Positions 1-8,568 of a stretch of 24,000 bases of DNA are shown piece after piece (the first letter of the stretch is position 1; every line of letters starts with the position of its first letter). The stretch is from Steroidobacteraceae bacterium (GTDB lineage Bacteria > Pseudomonadota > Gammaproteobacteria > Steroidobacterales > Steroidobacteraceae). The translations under genes were made by a program, and so were the position numbers. The notes beneath the pieces are model-generated. The model was not told the origin of the DNA. It searched no databases and saw only the letters and a program-made list of their open reading frames with translations. Location of the stretch: positions 58,016-82,015 of the forward strand of contig JALORN010000008.1 of assembly GCA_025458905.1 (NCBI GenBank), written 5' to 3'.

Positions 1-156
1 GCGATCTACGGCTGCGCGCTCGCCGCGGGCGCTGCCGCGACGCTACCGGTGCAGGCGGCGACGATGGCGATCGTCGACGTCGGCCTGGCGTCGGCGCTGA
101 TGCCCCTGCTGCTGGCGGTGCTGCGCCGGCCCGCCCGGCGCGACGCGTTGCGCTGA
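1..156 (+). CDS. 3' end of an unidentified CDS (hydrophobic, probably an integral membrane protein), 5'-truncated by the window edge
   Basis: Frame +1 is open from base 1 to TGA at 154-156. The translation AIYGCALAAGAAATLPVQAATMAIVDVGLASALMPLLLAVLRRPARRDALR looks like a membrane segment with a basic tail. Nearly every third codon position is G/C, as in the confident genes here. It is absent from the ORF track because it has no start in the window. Confidence 0.4.
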   Translation, partial: AIYGCALAAGAAATLPVQAATMAIVDVGLASALMPLLLAVLRRPARRDALR

Positions 157-238
157 GCTTCGCGACGGCCCTTCCCGGCACGGTACCGCGGTCGGCGGCT
201 GCCCTGCTTCGGCCGGATTCGGGCGCGTCGCGCCGCCC

Positions 239-1267
239 TCAGCCCGCCGGTCGCTGCGCCGGCGTGGCCGATACCGGCGGCGTGGGCTGGGCGGCCGGCA
301 CGCGCGGCGGCGCCGGCTTGCGCTCCTGCATGTAGACCGTGAAGCTCGAGTCGTTCGGCTGCCCCCAGGTGTCGTCCCCCGGCGCGCGCAGGAACTCGGG
401 GAAGCGCTCCTTCGCCCGCGCGTAGAGCTTCGGCGGCAGCTTCTCTGCGGCGCCCAGCTTGTTGATGAAGGTGCGGTACAGGATGTGCCCGGGCGCCTGT
501 CCCATCAGCATCCACGGCAGCCATGGCCCGACCCGCGTCCAGGTGCCGGTGCTCGGCACCGAGGTGAGCTTCGGATCGTCGAGGTCGGCGACGCGGCAGG
601 TGCGCTGGAAGATCTCGCTGACCCGCGTCACCGGGCCCGAGGACTCGCGGGGCCAGTCGGCGACCTTCATCGGGTTCGGGAAGGCTGCGTGCAGCTCGAA
701 TACCTGGAAGGCCTGCCCCTCGACGAACGTCCACGGCGGGTTGAAGGGGCGCTCGACCATGTGGCCGTCGAAGTCCTGGCGCACCACCGGCGCGACCGTC
801 GCATTGACGATGCGGTTGTGGATCGGGCTCACCTGGCACTTCTCGCTGGTCAGCGGGTTGGTCCACTCGTCGACGAACTCGTCGGTCTTCGGATCCTTGT
901 AGAACGCCAGCTCGCGGTTGAACACACGGTAGGTGCCGTCCTTCTGGGGCGCGACCCGCATCACGCCGAAGCCCTCGACGCCGCACAGCATCTGCAGCGG
1001 CTTGTCGTCGATCACGGCGAAGATGTGGCCGCCGAACCAGCCGGTGGTCTCCTTCGACGGATCGACGTCGGCGGTGAGGCGCATGAAGGCGCGCAGGTTC
1101 TGCACCGGATCGGCGAAGTCGATCCCGGGGCGGCCCGGGCCAGCGGGTGCCGGGGCCGCGAGCGCGCCCGGCAGTCCGGCGAGCATCGCCGGCGCGGCCA
1201 GCGACGTGCCCGCGGCGGCCAGCAGGCTGCGGCGGCTGAGGAAGCTCGGGGAGAAGGGCGTGTCCAT
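239..1267 (-). CDS. Tat-exported periplasmic protein, DUF1838-like, unknown function
   Basis: ORF track gives 239..1279 (-). The codon at 1279 is TTG, whereas the in-frame ATG at 1267 has GGAG 6 nt upstream, so 1267 is preferred. The N-terminus carries a twin-arginine motif (SRRSLLAAAG) followed by a hydrophobic stretch. The body (WFGGHIFAV, FYKDPKTDEF, NPPWTF) matches my recollection of the DUF1838 family, which I cannot verify by search here. Confidence 0.7.
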   Translation of the reverse strand: MDTPFSPSFLSRRSLLAAAGTSLAAPAMLAGLPGALAAPAPAGPGRPGIDFADPVQNLRAFMRLTADVDPSKETTGWFGGHIFAVIDDKPLQMLCGVEGFGVMRVAPQKDGTYRVFNRELAFYKDPKTDEFVDEWTNPLTSEKCQVSPIHNRIVNATVAPVVRQDFDGHMVERPFNPPWTFVEGQAFQVFELHAAFPNPMKVADWPRESSGPVTRVSEIFQRTCRVADLDDPKLTSVPSTGTWTRVGPWLPWMLMGQAPGHILYRTFINKLGAAEKLPPKLYARAKERFPEFLRAPGDDTWGQPNDSSFTVYMQERKPAPPRVPAAQPTPPVSATPAQRPAG

Positions 1268-1692
1268 GGACGACTCCAACGGTGGGACGGAGCGGCCCTT
1301 ATGCCGCAGGGCCGTCGTGCGCGGTCCCGCCGATCGGCGCCGCTATCCGCAAGGTGGCGTCGTCACGCGGCGGCAGGCGGCGGGCGTCAGCCCGCAGGCC
1401 CGAGCACCCGCGAGGCGCGCACCGGCTCAGTCCCCGCCGGTGCCGGGCAGCAGCGCCCACGGCCCAGAGAGTGGGGCGAGCCGCAGACAGGACGCGACGA
1501 CGACAGGCTTCATCGAGTCTCGGGACTCCGGCCGGGAACCCTGGGCCCCGCGCGACGGGTCGCAGTACCGGTGGCCTGAGGTTGGCGGGGTCGCCTGCCG
1601 CCCGTCACGCCGTCTCGGTAACTGCGCATGGGCGAGCCCGCGGCGGATCGTACGATCGAGACAGGGCGCCGCGGAGCGCACGAGGTGAGGCC

Positions 1693-2451
1693 ATGAACAC
1701 TCGATTCACGCGCGACCGCGGGTGGCTGTCCGCCGTCGCCGCCACCCTGGTCCTCACGATCGGCCTCGTTCCAGTCTCGCTCCCTGCGGCCGCAGACGGG
1801 CCGCGCCCGGCGGCGGCGCCAGCCGACCGGGCCGCGGCTCCGGGCGCCGTGCGCGCCACGGCGCGGAACGAACTGCGCGACGCGATGCTGGCCACGCCGG
1901 ATCCGAGGCGTGGCGAGGAGCTCTATGCGCCCTGCGGCGCCTGCCACGGTGCTGCAGGTCTCGGGGTCGCCGACGGCTCGGTGCCGGCGATCGCCGGGCA
2001 GCACTTCACCGTGGTCGCGAAGCAGCTGGTGGACTTCCGCCACGGCCGGCGCTGGGACATCCAGATGGAGCACGCCTCGCGCATGGCGCACCTCGCCGGC
2101 GGCCAGGACATCGCCGACGTCGCGGCGTTCGTCGCGACGCTGCCACGCGGCTTCGGCTCTGGCCACGGGGACGGCTCGAGCCTCGGCACCGGTGCGGCCA
2201 CCTACTTCGAGCGCTGCGAGCGCTGCCACGGCCCGCTCGGCGAGGGCGATGGCGAGCGCGGCATCCCGCGGCTCGCCGGCCAGCACTATGCCTACCTGTA
2301 CCGGCAGTTCTTCGACGCGGTCGAGCAGCGCCGCCCGAACATGGGCGCGCTGCACCTCGGCCTGATGAAGCCGCTGGAGCGCGCGCAGATCGTCGGCATC
2401 TCGGATTACCTGTCGCGTACCGGCCTCGAGCTGACGCGGGAGCGGCCCTGA
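1693..2451 (+). CDS. Dihaem class I cytochrome c (cytochrome c4-type), Sec-exported
   Basis: ATG at 1693 lies in the frame of ORF 1282..2451 and is preceded by GAGGTGAGG. There is a signal peptide (SAVAATLVLTIGLVPVSLPAAADG). Two CxxCH haem-binding motifs (CGACHG, CERCHG) are each followed by a P..AGQH segment and a Met-containing stretch, which is the two-domain c4 layout. Confidence 0.85.
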   Translation: MNTRFTRDRGWLSAVAATLVLTIGLVPVSLPAAADGPRPAAAPADRAAAPGAVRATARNELRDAMLATPDPRRGEELYAPCGACHGAAGLGVADGSVPAIAGQHFTVVAKQLVDFRHGRRWDIQMEHASRMAHLAGGQDIADVAAFVATLPRGFGSGHGDGSSLGTGAATYFERCERCHGPLGEGDGERGIPRLAGQHYAYLYRQFFDAVEQRRPNMGALHLGLMKPLERAQIVGISDYLSRTGLELTRERP

Positions 2452-2466
2452 GGCCGCGGCCGGTCC

Positions 2467-3363
2467 TCAGGCCGCCGGATCGGCGCGCCGGCCCCGCTCG
2501 AGCAGCTCGCGCAGCAGCGGGTTCGGGAAGCGGCGGCTGGTGGTGATGGCGTAGAAGTCCTCGGTGACCTGCGGCAGGCGGTGCCGCTCGACCAGCGCGC
2601 CGCTGCGCAGCTCGTCCTGCACCACGACGAGCGGCACCAGCGACAGCGCATCGCTCTCGCGCGCGATCAGGCGCAGCATCGCCATGTCGTCGACCTCGGC
2701 GAGGATCGTCGGCACCACGCCGGCTTCCTCGAGCAGCCGGTCGAACTCGGCGCGCATGCCGCTCTGCAGGCTGGGGAGCACCACGGGCTGGGTGCGCAGG
2801 TCTTCGGGGAAGCGCAGCGGCCGCCGGCCGCGGACGCGCCGCCCCACCAGGCCCACCGGCTGGCGATCGAGCAGCTGGCTGTGCAGGCGGCTCTCGGCAT
2901 CGCGCGGCAACGGCACGCTCGAGAGCACTGCATCCAGCGCGTGCGCGCCGAGCTGCGCGAGCAGCTCGCGCAGCGTGCCCGAGCGCAGCACCAGGTCGAC
3001 GTCGGCACGGCCCAGCAGCGGACGGAACAGCTCGAGCTGCCAGTTGCGCGACAGGGTCGCGACCGCACCGATGCGCAGCACCGCGCGGCTGCCGACGGCG
3101 CGCCCGCGCAGCGCTCCCACCAGCTCGTCGCCGGTGCGGAAGATCGCCTGCGCATGCTCGAGCGCGATGCGCCCGGCCTCGGTCAGGGTGAGCTGGCGGT
3201 TCTCGCGCACGAACAGCGGGTGCCCGAGGCGCTCCTCGAGCTTGCGCAGCTGCGTAGAGAGCGCCGACTGCGAGACGTGCAGGCGCTTCGCGGCGCGCGT
3301 CAGGCTGCGCTCGCGCGCGATCGCATAGAAATAGTGGAGGTGATGGTAGTTGAGTTCGGCCAC
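2467..3363 (-). CDS. LysR-family transcriptional regulator, NhaR-like N-terminus
   Basis: 298-aa ORF with a GTG start at 3363. The N-terminal wHTH is LNYHHLHYFYAIARERSLTRAAKRLHVSQSALSTQLRKLEERLGHPLF. The NYxHLxYF start resembles NhaR-type LysR regulators. It is divergent from the padR operon. Confidence 0.9.
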   Translation of the reverse strand: MAELNYHHLHYFYAIARERSLTRAAKRLHVSQSALSTQLRKLEERLGHPLFVRENRQLTLTEAGRIALEHAQAIFRTGDELVGALRGRAVGSRAVLRIGAVATLSRNWQLELFRPLLGRADVDLVLRSGTLRELLAQLGAHALDAVLSSVPLPRDAESRLHSQLLDRQPVGLVGRRVRGRRPLRFPEDLRTQPVVLPSLQSGMRAEFDRLLEEAGVVPTILAEVDDMAMLRLIARESDALSLVPLVVVQDELRSGALVERHRLPQVTEDFYAITTSRRFPNPLLRELLERGRRADPAA

Positions 3364-3469
3364 GACAGGCTTCTACTCCTGGCGCCGCGCGACGGCAACG
3401 GGCGCGACGCGCCGGCAGGCAGCTGTCCGTCCACGCTCCGGACGGCGGGTCGCGGGATAGGGGCGGCAC

Positions 3470-3508
3470 ATCTATCGGCTTGATATATCGGTCCGGTATA
3501 TCCGGCGG
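3470..3508. promoter_or_regulatory. Three tandem imperfect 13-bp repeats (ATCTATCGGCTTG / ATATATCGGTCCG / GTATATCCGGCGG), a candidate operator/promoter core of the divergent lysR-padR region
   Basis: The repeat units start at 3470, 3483 and 3496, an exact 13-bp spacing, and end 10 bp before the padR ATG. This is the only AT-rich patch in the 154-bp intergenic region. It contains the palindrome GATATATC (3482-3489) and TATAT -10-like elements. Confidence 0.3.
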
Positions 3509-3517
3509 GGGGTCGCC

Positions 3518-4156
3518 ATGGACGTGAAGACGGTCTGCCTCGGCCTGCTGACCTTCGGCGAGGCGAGCGGCTACGACATCAAGAAGCACCTCGAGGCGGG
3601 CTTCGAGCACTTCTTCTCGACCGGCTTCGGCTCGATCTACCCGGCCCTCGCGGCGCTCGCCGAGGAGGGGTTCGCGACCGTCATCGCCGCGAACCCGGGC
3701 GGGCGTCCCGAGCGCAAGGTGTACCGGATCACCGCGGCCGGCGAGAAGGCCCTGCGGCACGCGCTGTCCACCTGCGAGCCGGCGCACAAGCTGCGCTCGG
3801 AGCTGCTGGCGCTGCTGTACTTCGCGCACCTGGTGCCGCCCGAGCGGATCGGCGCCGTGCTCGACGCACAGCTGGCGCAGATGCGTGACGCGCTGGCACG
3901 GATGAAGCGCACCGGCTGCCCCGGCGAGCACGAGTGGCCAGGCAGCGTGCGCTTCGTGCAGGGGTTCGGCATCGCGCTGCACGAGGCCGCCGTGCGCTAC
4001 ATGGCCGCGAATCGCCAGCTGCTCGTGCCGCCGGCGCCGCGCGTGCCCGCGCCGCGACGCCCGCGGCCGGCGGCGGGCGCGACGGCGGAATCCGTCCGCA
4101 AGCCATCGAAGCCGGCGCGCGAGCGCGCCGTCAAGCACCGCCGGAGGGCCGCATGA
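3518..4156 (+). CDS. PadR-family transcriptional regulator with a Pro/Arg-rich basic C-terminal tail
   Basis: ATG at 3518, 212 aa. The N-terminus CLGLLTFGEASGYDIKKHLEAGFEHFFSTGFGSIYPALAALAEEGF...RKVYRITAAGEKAL is the PadR winged-helix signature. The stop overlaps the next start (ATGA at 4153-4156). Confidence 0.85.
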   Translation: MDVKTVCLGLLTFGEASGYDIKKHLEAGFEHFFSTGFGSIYPALAALAEEGFATVIAANPGGRPERKVYRITAAGEKALRHALSTCEPAHKLRSELLALLYFAHLVPPERIGAVLDAQLAQMRDALARMKRTGCPGEHEWPGSVRFVQGFGIALHEAAVRYMAANRQLLVPPAPRVPAPRRPRPAAGATAESVRKPSKPARERAVKHRRRAA

Positions 4157-5298
4157 ACGCCCCTGGATCTGCCCTGTCCCGCCTCGCGCGCCGCCCCTGG
4201 CTGCTCGCCGCCGTGCTGCTGGCGCTGCTCGCCGCCTGGCTGCTCTCCGGCCTGCTGGTGCCGCACCCCCGCGAGGTCGACCAGCCGGCGCCGGCCGCGC
4301 GGGTGGCGCCGCCGACCCCGGTGCAGGTGGCGCGCCTCGTGGCCGAGCCGATCGAGCGCACCGTGACCCTCTCGGGCCGCACCGCACCGGCGCGCACCGT
4401 CGAGCTGAAGGCCGAGACCAGCGGCCGCGTGGTCGCCGTCGGTGCGGCGCGCGGTTCGCGCGTCGAGTCCCGCGCACTGCTCCTGCGGCTCGACGCCGGG
4501 GACCGGGTCGCGCGCCTCGCCCAGGCGCGTGCCGAGTTGCGGCAGCGCGAGCTCGAGTACGACGGGCAGACCCGCCTCAAGCCCCAGGGCTACATCTCGG
4601 ACGCGCGCCTCGCCGAGTCACTCGCGCAGCTCGAGAAGGCCCGCGCCGAGGTCAAGCGCGCCGAGCTCGACGTCGAGCGGATGCAGCTGCGCGCGCCGTT
4701 CGCCGGCGCGCTGCAGGATCGGCTGGTCGAGGTTGGCGACTACGTCTCGCCGGGCACCCCGGTCGCCACCTTCGTCGACGACCGGCGGCTCGCCGTCGCC
4801 GGCAGCGTCGCGGAGGGCCAGGCGTCGCTGGTCCGCGCCGGCCTCGCGGGCACCGCGCACCTCGCCTCCGGGCAGGTCGTGCCCGGGCGGCTGCGCTACG
4901 TCGCGCCGGTCGCCGACGAGGCGACGCGCACGTTCGCCGTGGAGCTCGAGATCCCGAATCCCCGGGGCGAGCTGCCGGTTGGCGTGACCGCGGACATCGA
5001 GCTGCCGGTCGGCCGCGTGTCCGCGCACCGCCTCTCGCCGGCGCTGCTGACCCTCGACGACGCCGGCGTGGTCGGCGTGAAGATCCAGGCGGCCGGCGAC
5101 CGGGTGAAGTTCGTGCCTGCGACGGTGGTGCGCACCGCGCCCGACGGCGTCTGGATCACCGGCCTGCCGGACCCCGCGCCGGTGATCGTCGGCGGCCAGG
5201 GCTTCGTGCGCGACGGCGACCGCGTCGCCGTGACGCTCGCGCCCGCGGAGGCCTCGCCCGCGGTGGCCTCGAGCGCCGTGCCAGAGGCGCGGCCGTGA
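4153..5298 (+). CDS. Efflux RND transporter periplasmic adaptor subunit (MFP/HlyD family)
   Basis: In-frame ATG at 4153 within ORF 3934..5298. There is an N-terminal membrane anchor (RRPWLLAAVLLALLAAWLLSGLL). A coiled-coil hairpin region (ARLAQARAELRQRELEYD...LAQLEKARAEVKRAELDVERMQLRAPFAG) and beta-barrel segments are typical of adaptor proteins. Confidence 0.85.
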   Translation: MNAPGSALSRLARRPWLLAAVLLALLAAWLLSGLLVPHPREVDQPAPAARVAPPTPVQVARLVAEPIERTVTLSGRTAPARTVELKAETSGRVVAVGAARGSRVESRALLLRLDAGDRVARLAQARAELRQRELEYDGQTRLKPQGYISDARLAESLAQLEKARAEVKRAELDVERMQLRAPFAGALQDRLVEVGDYVSPGTPVATFVDDRRLAVAGSVAEGQASLVRAGLAGTAHLASGQVVPGRLRYVAPVADEATRTFAVELEIPNPRGELPVGVTADIELPVGRVSAHRLSPALLTLDDAGVVGVKIQAAGDRVKFVPATVVRTAPDGVWITGLPDPAPVIVGGQGFVRDGDRVAVTLAPAEASPAVASSAVPEARP

Positions 5299-8200
5299 GC
5301 GCCCCGGACGTGCTGCGCGGCTCCGGCTCCGCGGCGCCCGGGGTCGTGGTCGACAGCTTCATCGACAAGGCGATGCGCCAGAACCGCGCGGTGCTGCTGT
5401 CGCTGCTGGCGCTGCTCGTGGCGGGCGTCGCCGTCTACCTGCGGATGCCCAAGGAGTTCTATCCCGACGTCGAGGTGCCGCTGGTCAACGTGCGCCTGGT
5501 GCATTTCGGCATCTCGCCCGAGGACTCGGAGCGCCTGCTGGTGCGCCCGGTCGAGCAGGAGCTGCGCACCCTGGAAGGTGTCAAGTCGCTGAACTCCCTC
5601 GCCTACCAGGACGGCGCGAACCTCGTCGTCGAGTTCGACGCCGGCCGCGACACCGACGCCTCGCTCGCCGAGGTGCGGGCGCGTGTCGACATGGCGAAGT
5701 CCAAGCTGCCGGCGGACAGCGAGGAACCGGTGGTCGTCGCCTCGACGATGGCCGAGCAGCAGCCGATCCTGGTGCTGAACGTCAAGGGCACCGCGCCCGA
5801 GCGCACGCTGACGCAGCTCGCACGCCGCCTGCGCGACCGCATCGAGGCCGTGCCAGGGGTGCTGCGGGTGAACCTGACCGGTGCGCGCGAGGAACTGCTC
5901 GAGATCACGATCGACCCGCGCTCGATCGAGAGCTATGGCCTCTCGCAGGCCGAGGTCCTGCAGCTCGTCCAGCGCAACAACCGGATCGTCGCCGCCGGCT
6001 CCCTGCAGGCTGCCCAGGGCAGCTTCCCGGTGAAGATCCCCGGCGTGATCGAGGATGCGACCGACCTGCTGAACCTGCCGGTCAAGGCGATCGGCGACCG
6101 GCTGGTGCGCCTCTCGGACGTCGCCACGGTCCGGCGCACCTTCAAGGATGCCGAGACCTTCTCGCGGATCAACGGCGAGCAGGCGATCGCGCTCGAGGTG
6201 GTGCAGCGCGGCAACTCGAACGTGCTGCAGACCGCGCTGACGGTCAAGGACGTGATCGCCGAGGCGCAGCGCGACTTCCCCGCGGGCGCCGGAGTGGTGA
6301 TCTCCACCGACCGCTCGAACGAGATCCTCGACCAGTCGAACGAGCTGCAGAGCCACATCCTCTCGGCCGTGCTGCTGGTCGTGATCCTGATCGTCGCGAC
6401 GCTCGGCGTGCGCAACGCCGCGCTGGTCGCGGTGTCGATCCCGGGCTCCTTCCTCGCCGGCATCCTGGTGCTGGCGATGCTCGGCATGACGATGAACATG
6501 GTGACCATGTTCGCGCTGATCATCTCGGTCGGCATCGTCGTCGACGGCGCGATCATCGTGGTCGAGTTCGCGGACCGGAAGATGGCCGAGGGCCTCGCGC
6601 CGCGCGCCGCCTACGCGATCGCCGCGCGCCGCATGTTCTGGCCGGTGGTGTGCTCGATCGGCGCCACGCTCGTGGCGTTCGTGCCGCTGGCGTTCTGGCC
6701 GGGCTCGATCGGCAAGATGATGATGTACATGCCGGTGACGCTGGTCGCCGTGCTGGCCGCGTCGATCGTGATGGCGCTGCTGTACGTGCCGGTCATGGGC
6801 GCGGCCTTCGGCGGCAGTGGGGGTGGCACGCACGACGCAGGCGAGCGCCACAACCTCGCGATCGCGGAGACCGGCGACCTCGAGCAGCTGACCGGACTCA
6901 CCGGGCGCTACTACCGGTTCCTGAAATGGGCGCTGCGCCATCCCGGGCGCGTCGCCGCGTCCGTCTGCGGGCTGCTGCTCGGGATCTTCGTGCTGTTCGG
7001 ACTGTTCAACCCCGGCGTCGACATGATGCCGCGCACCGACCCCACCTACATCTCGGTCGACGTCCGCGCCCGCGGCGACCTTTCCTCGCTCGAGAAGGAC
7101 GCGCTGGTGCGCGCCGCGGAGGCACGGCTGGCCGGCATGGCCGACGTCAAGTACCACTACGCCAAGACCGGCGCAGGCGGCGGCGGCACGGCGATGGGCC
7201 AGACCGACCAGGTCGGCACCATCCAGCTGATCCTGGTCAACTGGCGCGATCGCCGCAGCAGCGTCGACGCCCTGATGGAGGAGGCGCGGCGGCGCCTCGT
7301 CGGCCTGCCCGGCGCCATCGCCGACGTGCGCCGCAGCGAGGGCATGTCCGGCGGCGGCAAGCGACCGATCGACATCCTGGTGGCCGCGCAGTCGGTCGAC
7401 CAGCTGCTGCCCGCCGTGGAGAGGCTGCGCGCCGCGCTCGATGCGGTGCCGGGCGTGATCAACGCCCGCGACAACCGCTCGCTGCCGGGCATCGAGTGGC
7501 GGCTCGAGGTCAACCGCGCGCTGGCCGCGCGCTTCGGCGCCGACGTCACGACCATCGGCAGCGCGGTCCAGCTGGTCACCAACGGTGTCAAGGTGGGCGA
7601 GTTCCGCCCCGACGACGCCGACGACGAGATAGACATCCGCGTGCGCCTGCCCTATGGGCAGCGCACGCTCGAGCAGCTGGACGCGATGCGGGTGATGACC
7701 AACCAGGGCATGGTGCCGATCAGCACCTTCGTCACGCGCAGCGCCCACCAGAAGATCTCGACCATCAGCAAGACCGACACGCGCCCGACCATGCGCATCG
7801 AGGCCGACCTCGCGCCGGGCGCCCTCGCCGACCAGGTGACGCGGGAGGTGCGCACCCGGCTGCCGGCGCTCGGCCTGGATCCCGGGGTGTCGGTCGCCTT
7901 CGAGGGGACCGCCAAGGACCAGAGCGAGTCCTCGGTCTTCCTGTCGATCGCGCTGCTGGTCGCGATGGCGATGATCGCGATCATCCTGGTGCTGGAGTTC
8001 AACAGCATCTCGCAGACCTTCCTGATCCTCACGGCGATCGTCTTCGCCGCAGGCGGCGTGCTGCTGGGCTACCTCGTCACCCGCAATCCCTTCGGCCTGG
8101 TGATGGGTGGCCTCGGGATCATCACGCTGACCGGCATCGTGGTGAACAACAACATCGTGCTCATCGACACGTACAACGCGCTGCGCGCGGCGGGCGTGGC

Positions 8201-8528
8201 GCCCTACGAGGCGGTGATCCGCACCTGCATCCAGCGCGCGCGACCGGTGCTGCTGACCAAGGTCACGATCATCCTGGCGCTGTTGCCGATGGTGTTCGAG
8301 GTCAACGTCGACCTCGTGCATCGCGACATCACGGTCGGCGGCAACTCCGGCGCGTTCTGGTCGCAGCTCGCGACCGCGGTGGTCGCCGGCGCGGCGTTCG
8401 CGACCCTGCTGACGCTGCTGTTCACGCCCGCGTTGCTGCTGCTGCAGGCCGGGGCCGGGGAGCGCTGGCGCCGCTGGCGCGGCGCACGCGCCGGCGCTCC
8501 CGCGGGCACCGCCGCAGCGCCGGGCTGA
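5295..8528 (+). CDS. Efflux RND transporter permease subunit (AcrB/AcrD/AcrF superfamily)
   Basis: 1077-aa ORF with a twelve-TM/large-periplasmic-loop layout. The N-terminus SFIDKAMRQNRAVLLSLLALLVAGV aligns with the FFIDRP start of AcrB-type pumps. GTG at 5295 overlaps the adaptor stop (GTGA). An alternative GTG at 5346 would give MVDSFIDK. Confidence 0.9.
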   Translation: MSAPDVLRGSGSAAPGVVVDSFIDKAMRQNRAVLLSLLALLVAGVAVYLRMPKEFYPDVEVPLVNVRLVHFGISPEDSERLLVRPVEQELRTLEGVKSLNSLAYQDGANLVVEFDAGRDTDASLAEVRARVDMAKSKLPADSEEPVVVASTMAEQQPILVLNVKGTAPERTLTQLARRLRDRIEAVPGVLRVNLTGAREELLEITIDPRSIESYGLSQAEVLQLVQRNNRIVAAGSLQAAQGSFPVKIPGVIEDATDLLNLPVKAIGDRLVRLSDVATVRRTFKDAETFSRINGEQAIALEVVQRGNSNVLQTALTVKDVIAEAQRDFPAGAGVVISTDRSNEILDQSNELQSHILSAVLLVVILIVATLGVRNAALVAVSIPGSFLAGILVLAMLGMTMNMVTMFALIISVGIVVDGAIIVVEFADRKMAEGLAPRAAYAIAARRMFWPVVCSIGATLVAFVPLAFWPGSIGKMMMYMPVTLVAVLAASIVMALLYVPVMGAAFGGSGGGTHDAGERHNLAIAETGDLEQLTGLTGRYYRFLKWALRHPGRVAASVCGLLLGIFVLFGLFNPGVDMMPRTDPTYISVDVRARGDLSSLEKDALVRAAEARLAGMADVKYHYAKTGAGGGGTAMGQTDQVGTIQLILVNWRDRRSSVDALMEEARRRLVGLPGAIADVRRSEGMSGGGKRPIDILVAAQSVDQLLPAVERLRAALDAVPGVINARDNRSLPGIEWRLEVNRALAARFGADVTTIGSAVQLVTNGVKVGEFRPDDADDEIDIRVRLPYGQRTLEQLDAMRVMTNQGMVPISTFVTRSAHQKISTISKTDTRPTMRIEADLAPGALADQVTREVRTRLPALGLDPGVSVAFEGTAKDQSESSVFLSIALLVAMAMIAIILVLEFNSISQTFLILTAIVFAAGGVLLGYLVTRNPFGLVMGGLGIITLTGIVVNNNIVLIDTYNALRAAGVAPYEAVIRTCIQRARPVLLTKVTIILALLPMVFEVNVDLVHRDITVGGNSGAFWSQLATAVVAGAAFATLLTLLFTPALLLLQAGAGERWRRWRGARAGAPAGTAAAPG

Positions 8529-8568
8529 GCACCCGGGATCGCCGCTGTGCGCGCCGCAGCCGCGTGCC

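Noticed and set aside
1427-1513. A 28-codon minus-strand mini-ORF (MKPVVVASCLRLAPLSGPWALLPGTGGD) upstream of the DUF1838-like gene.
   Set aside because: GC3 is compatible with coding. However, the ORF is tiny, its GGAG lies 12 nt from the ATG, and nothing in the sequence distinguishes it from chance in GC-rich DNA. It cannot be supported without conservation or ribosome-profiling data.
2006-4477. An 823-aa minus-strand ORF spanning the cytochrome c, lysR, padR and adaptor genes.
   Set aside because: It is an Arg/Ala/Pro-rich nonsense translation that crosses several well-supported genes and intergenic regions. It is a high-GC artefact.
4896-8321. A 1141-aa ORF on the minus strand, antisense to the RND permease.
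   Set aside because: The translation is a low-complexity Arg/Asp/His/Gly-rich string with no membrane or domain logic. The opposite strand encodes an unmistakable RND pump. Long antisense ORFs are expected when stop codons are depleted in very GC-rich DNA.
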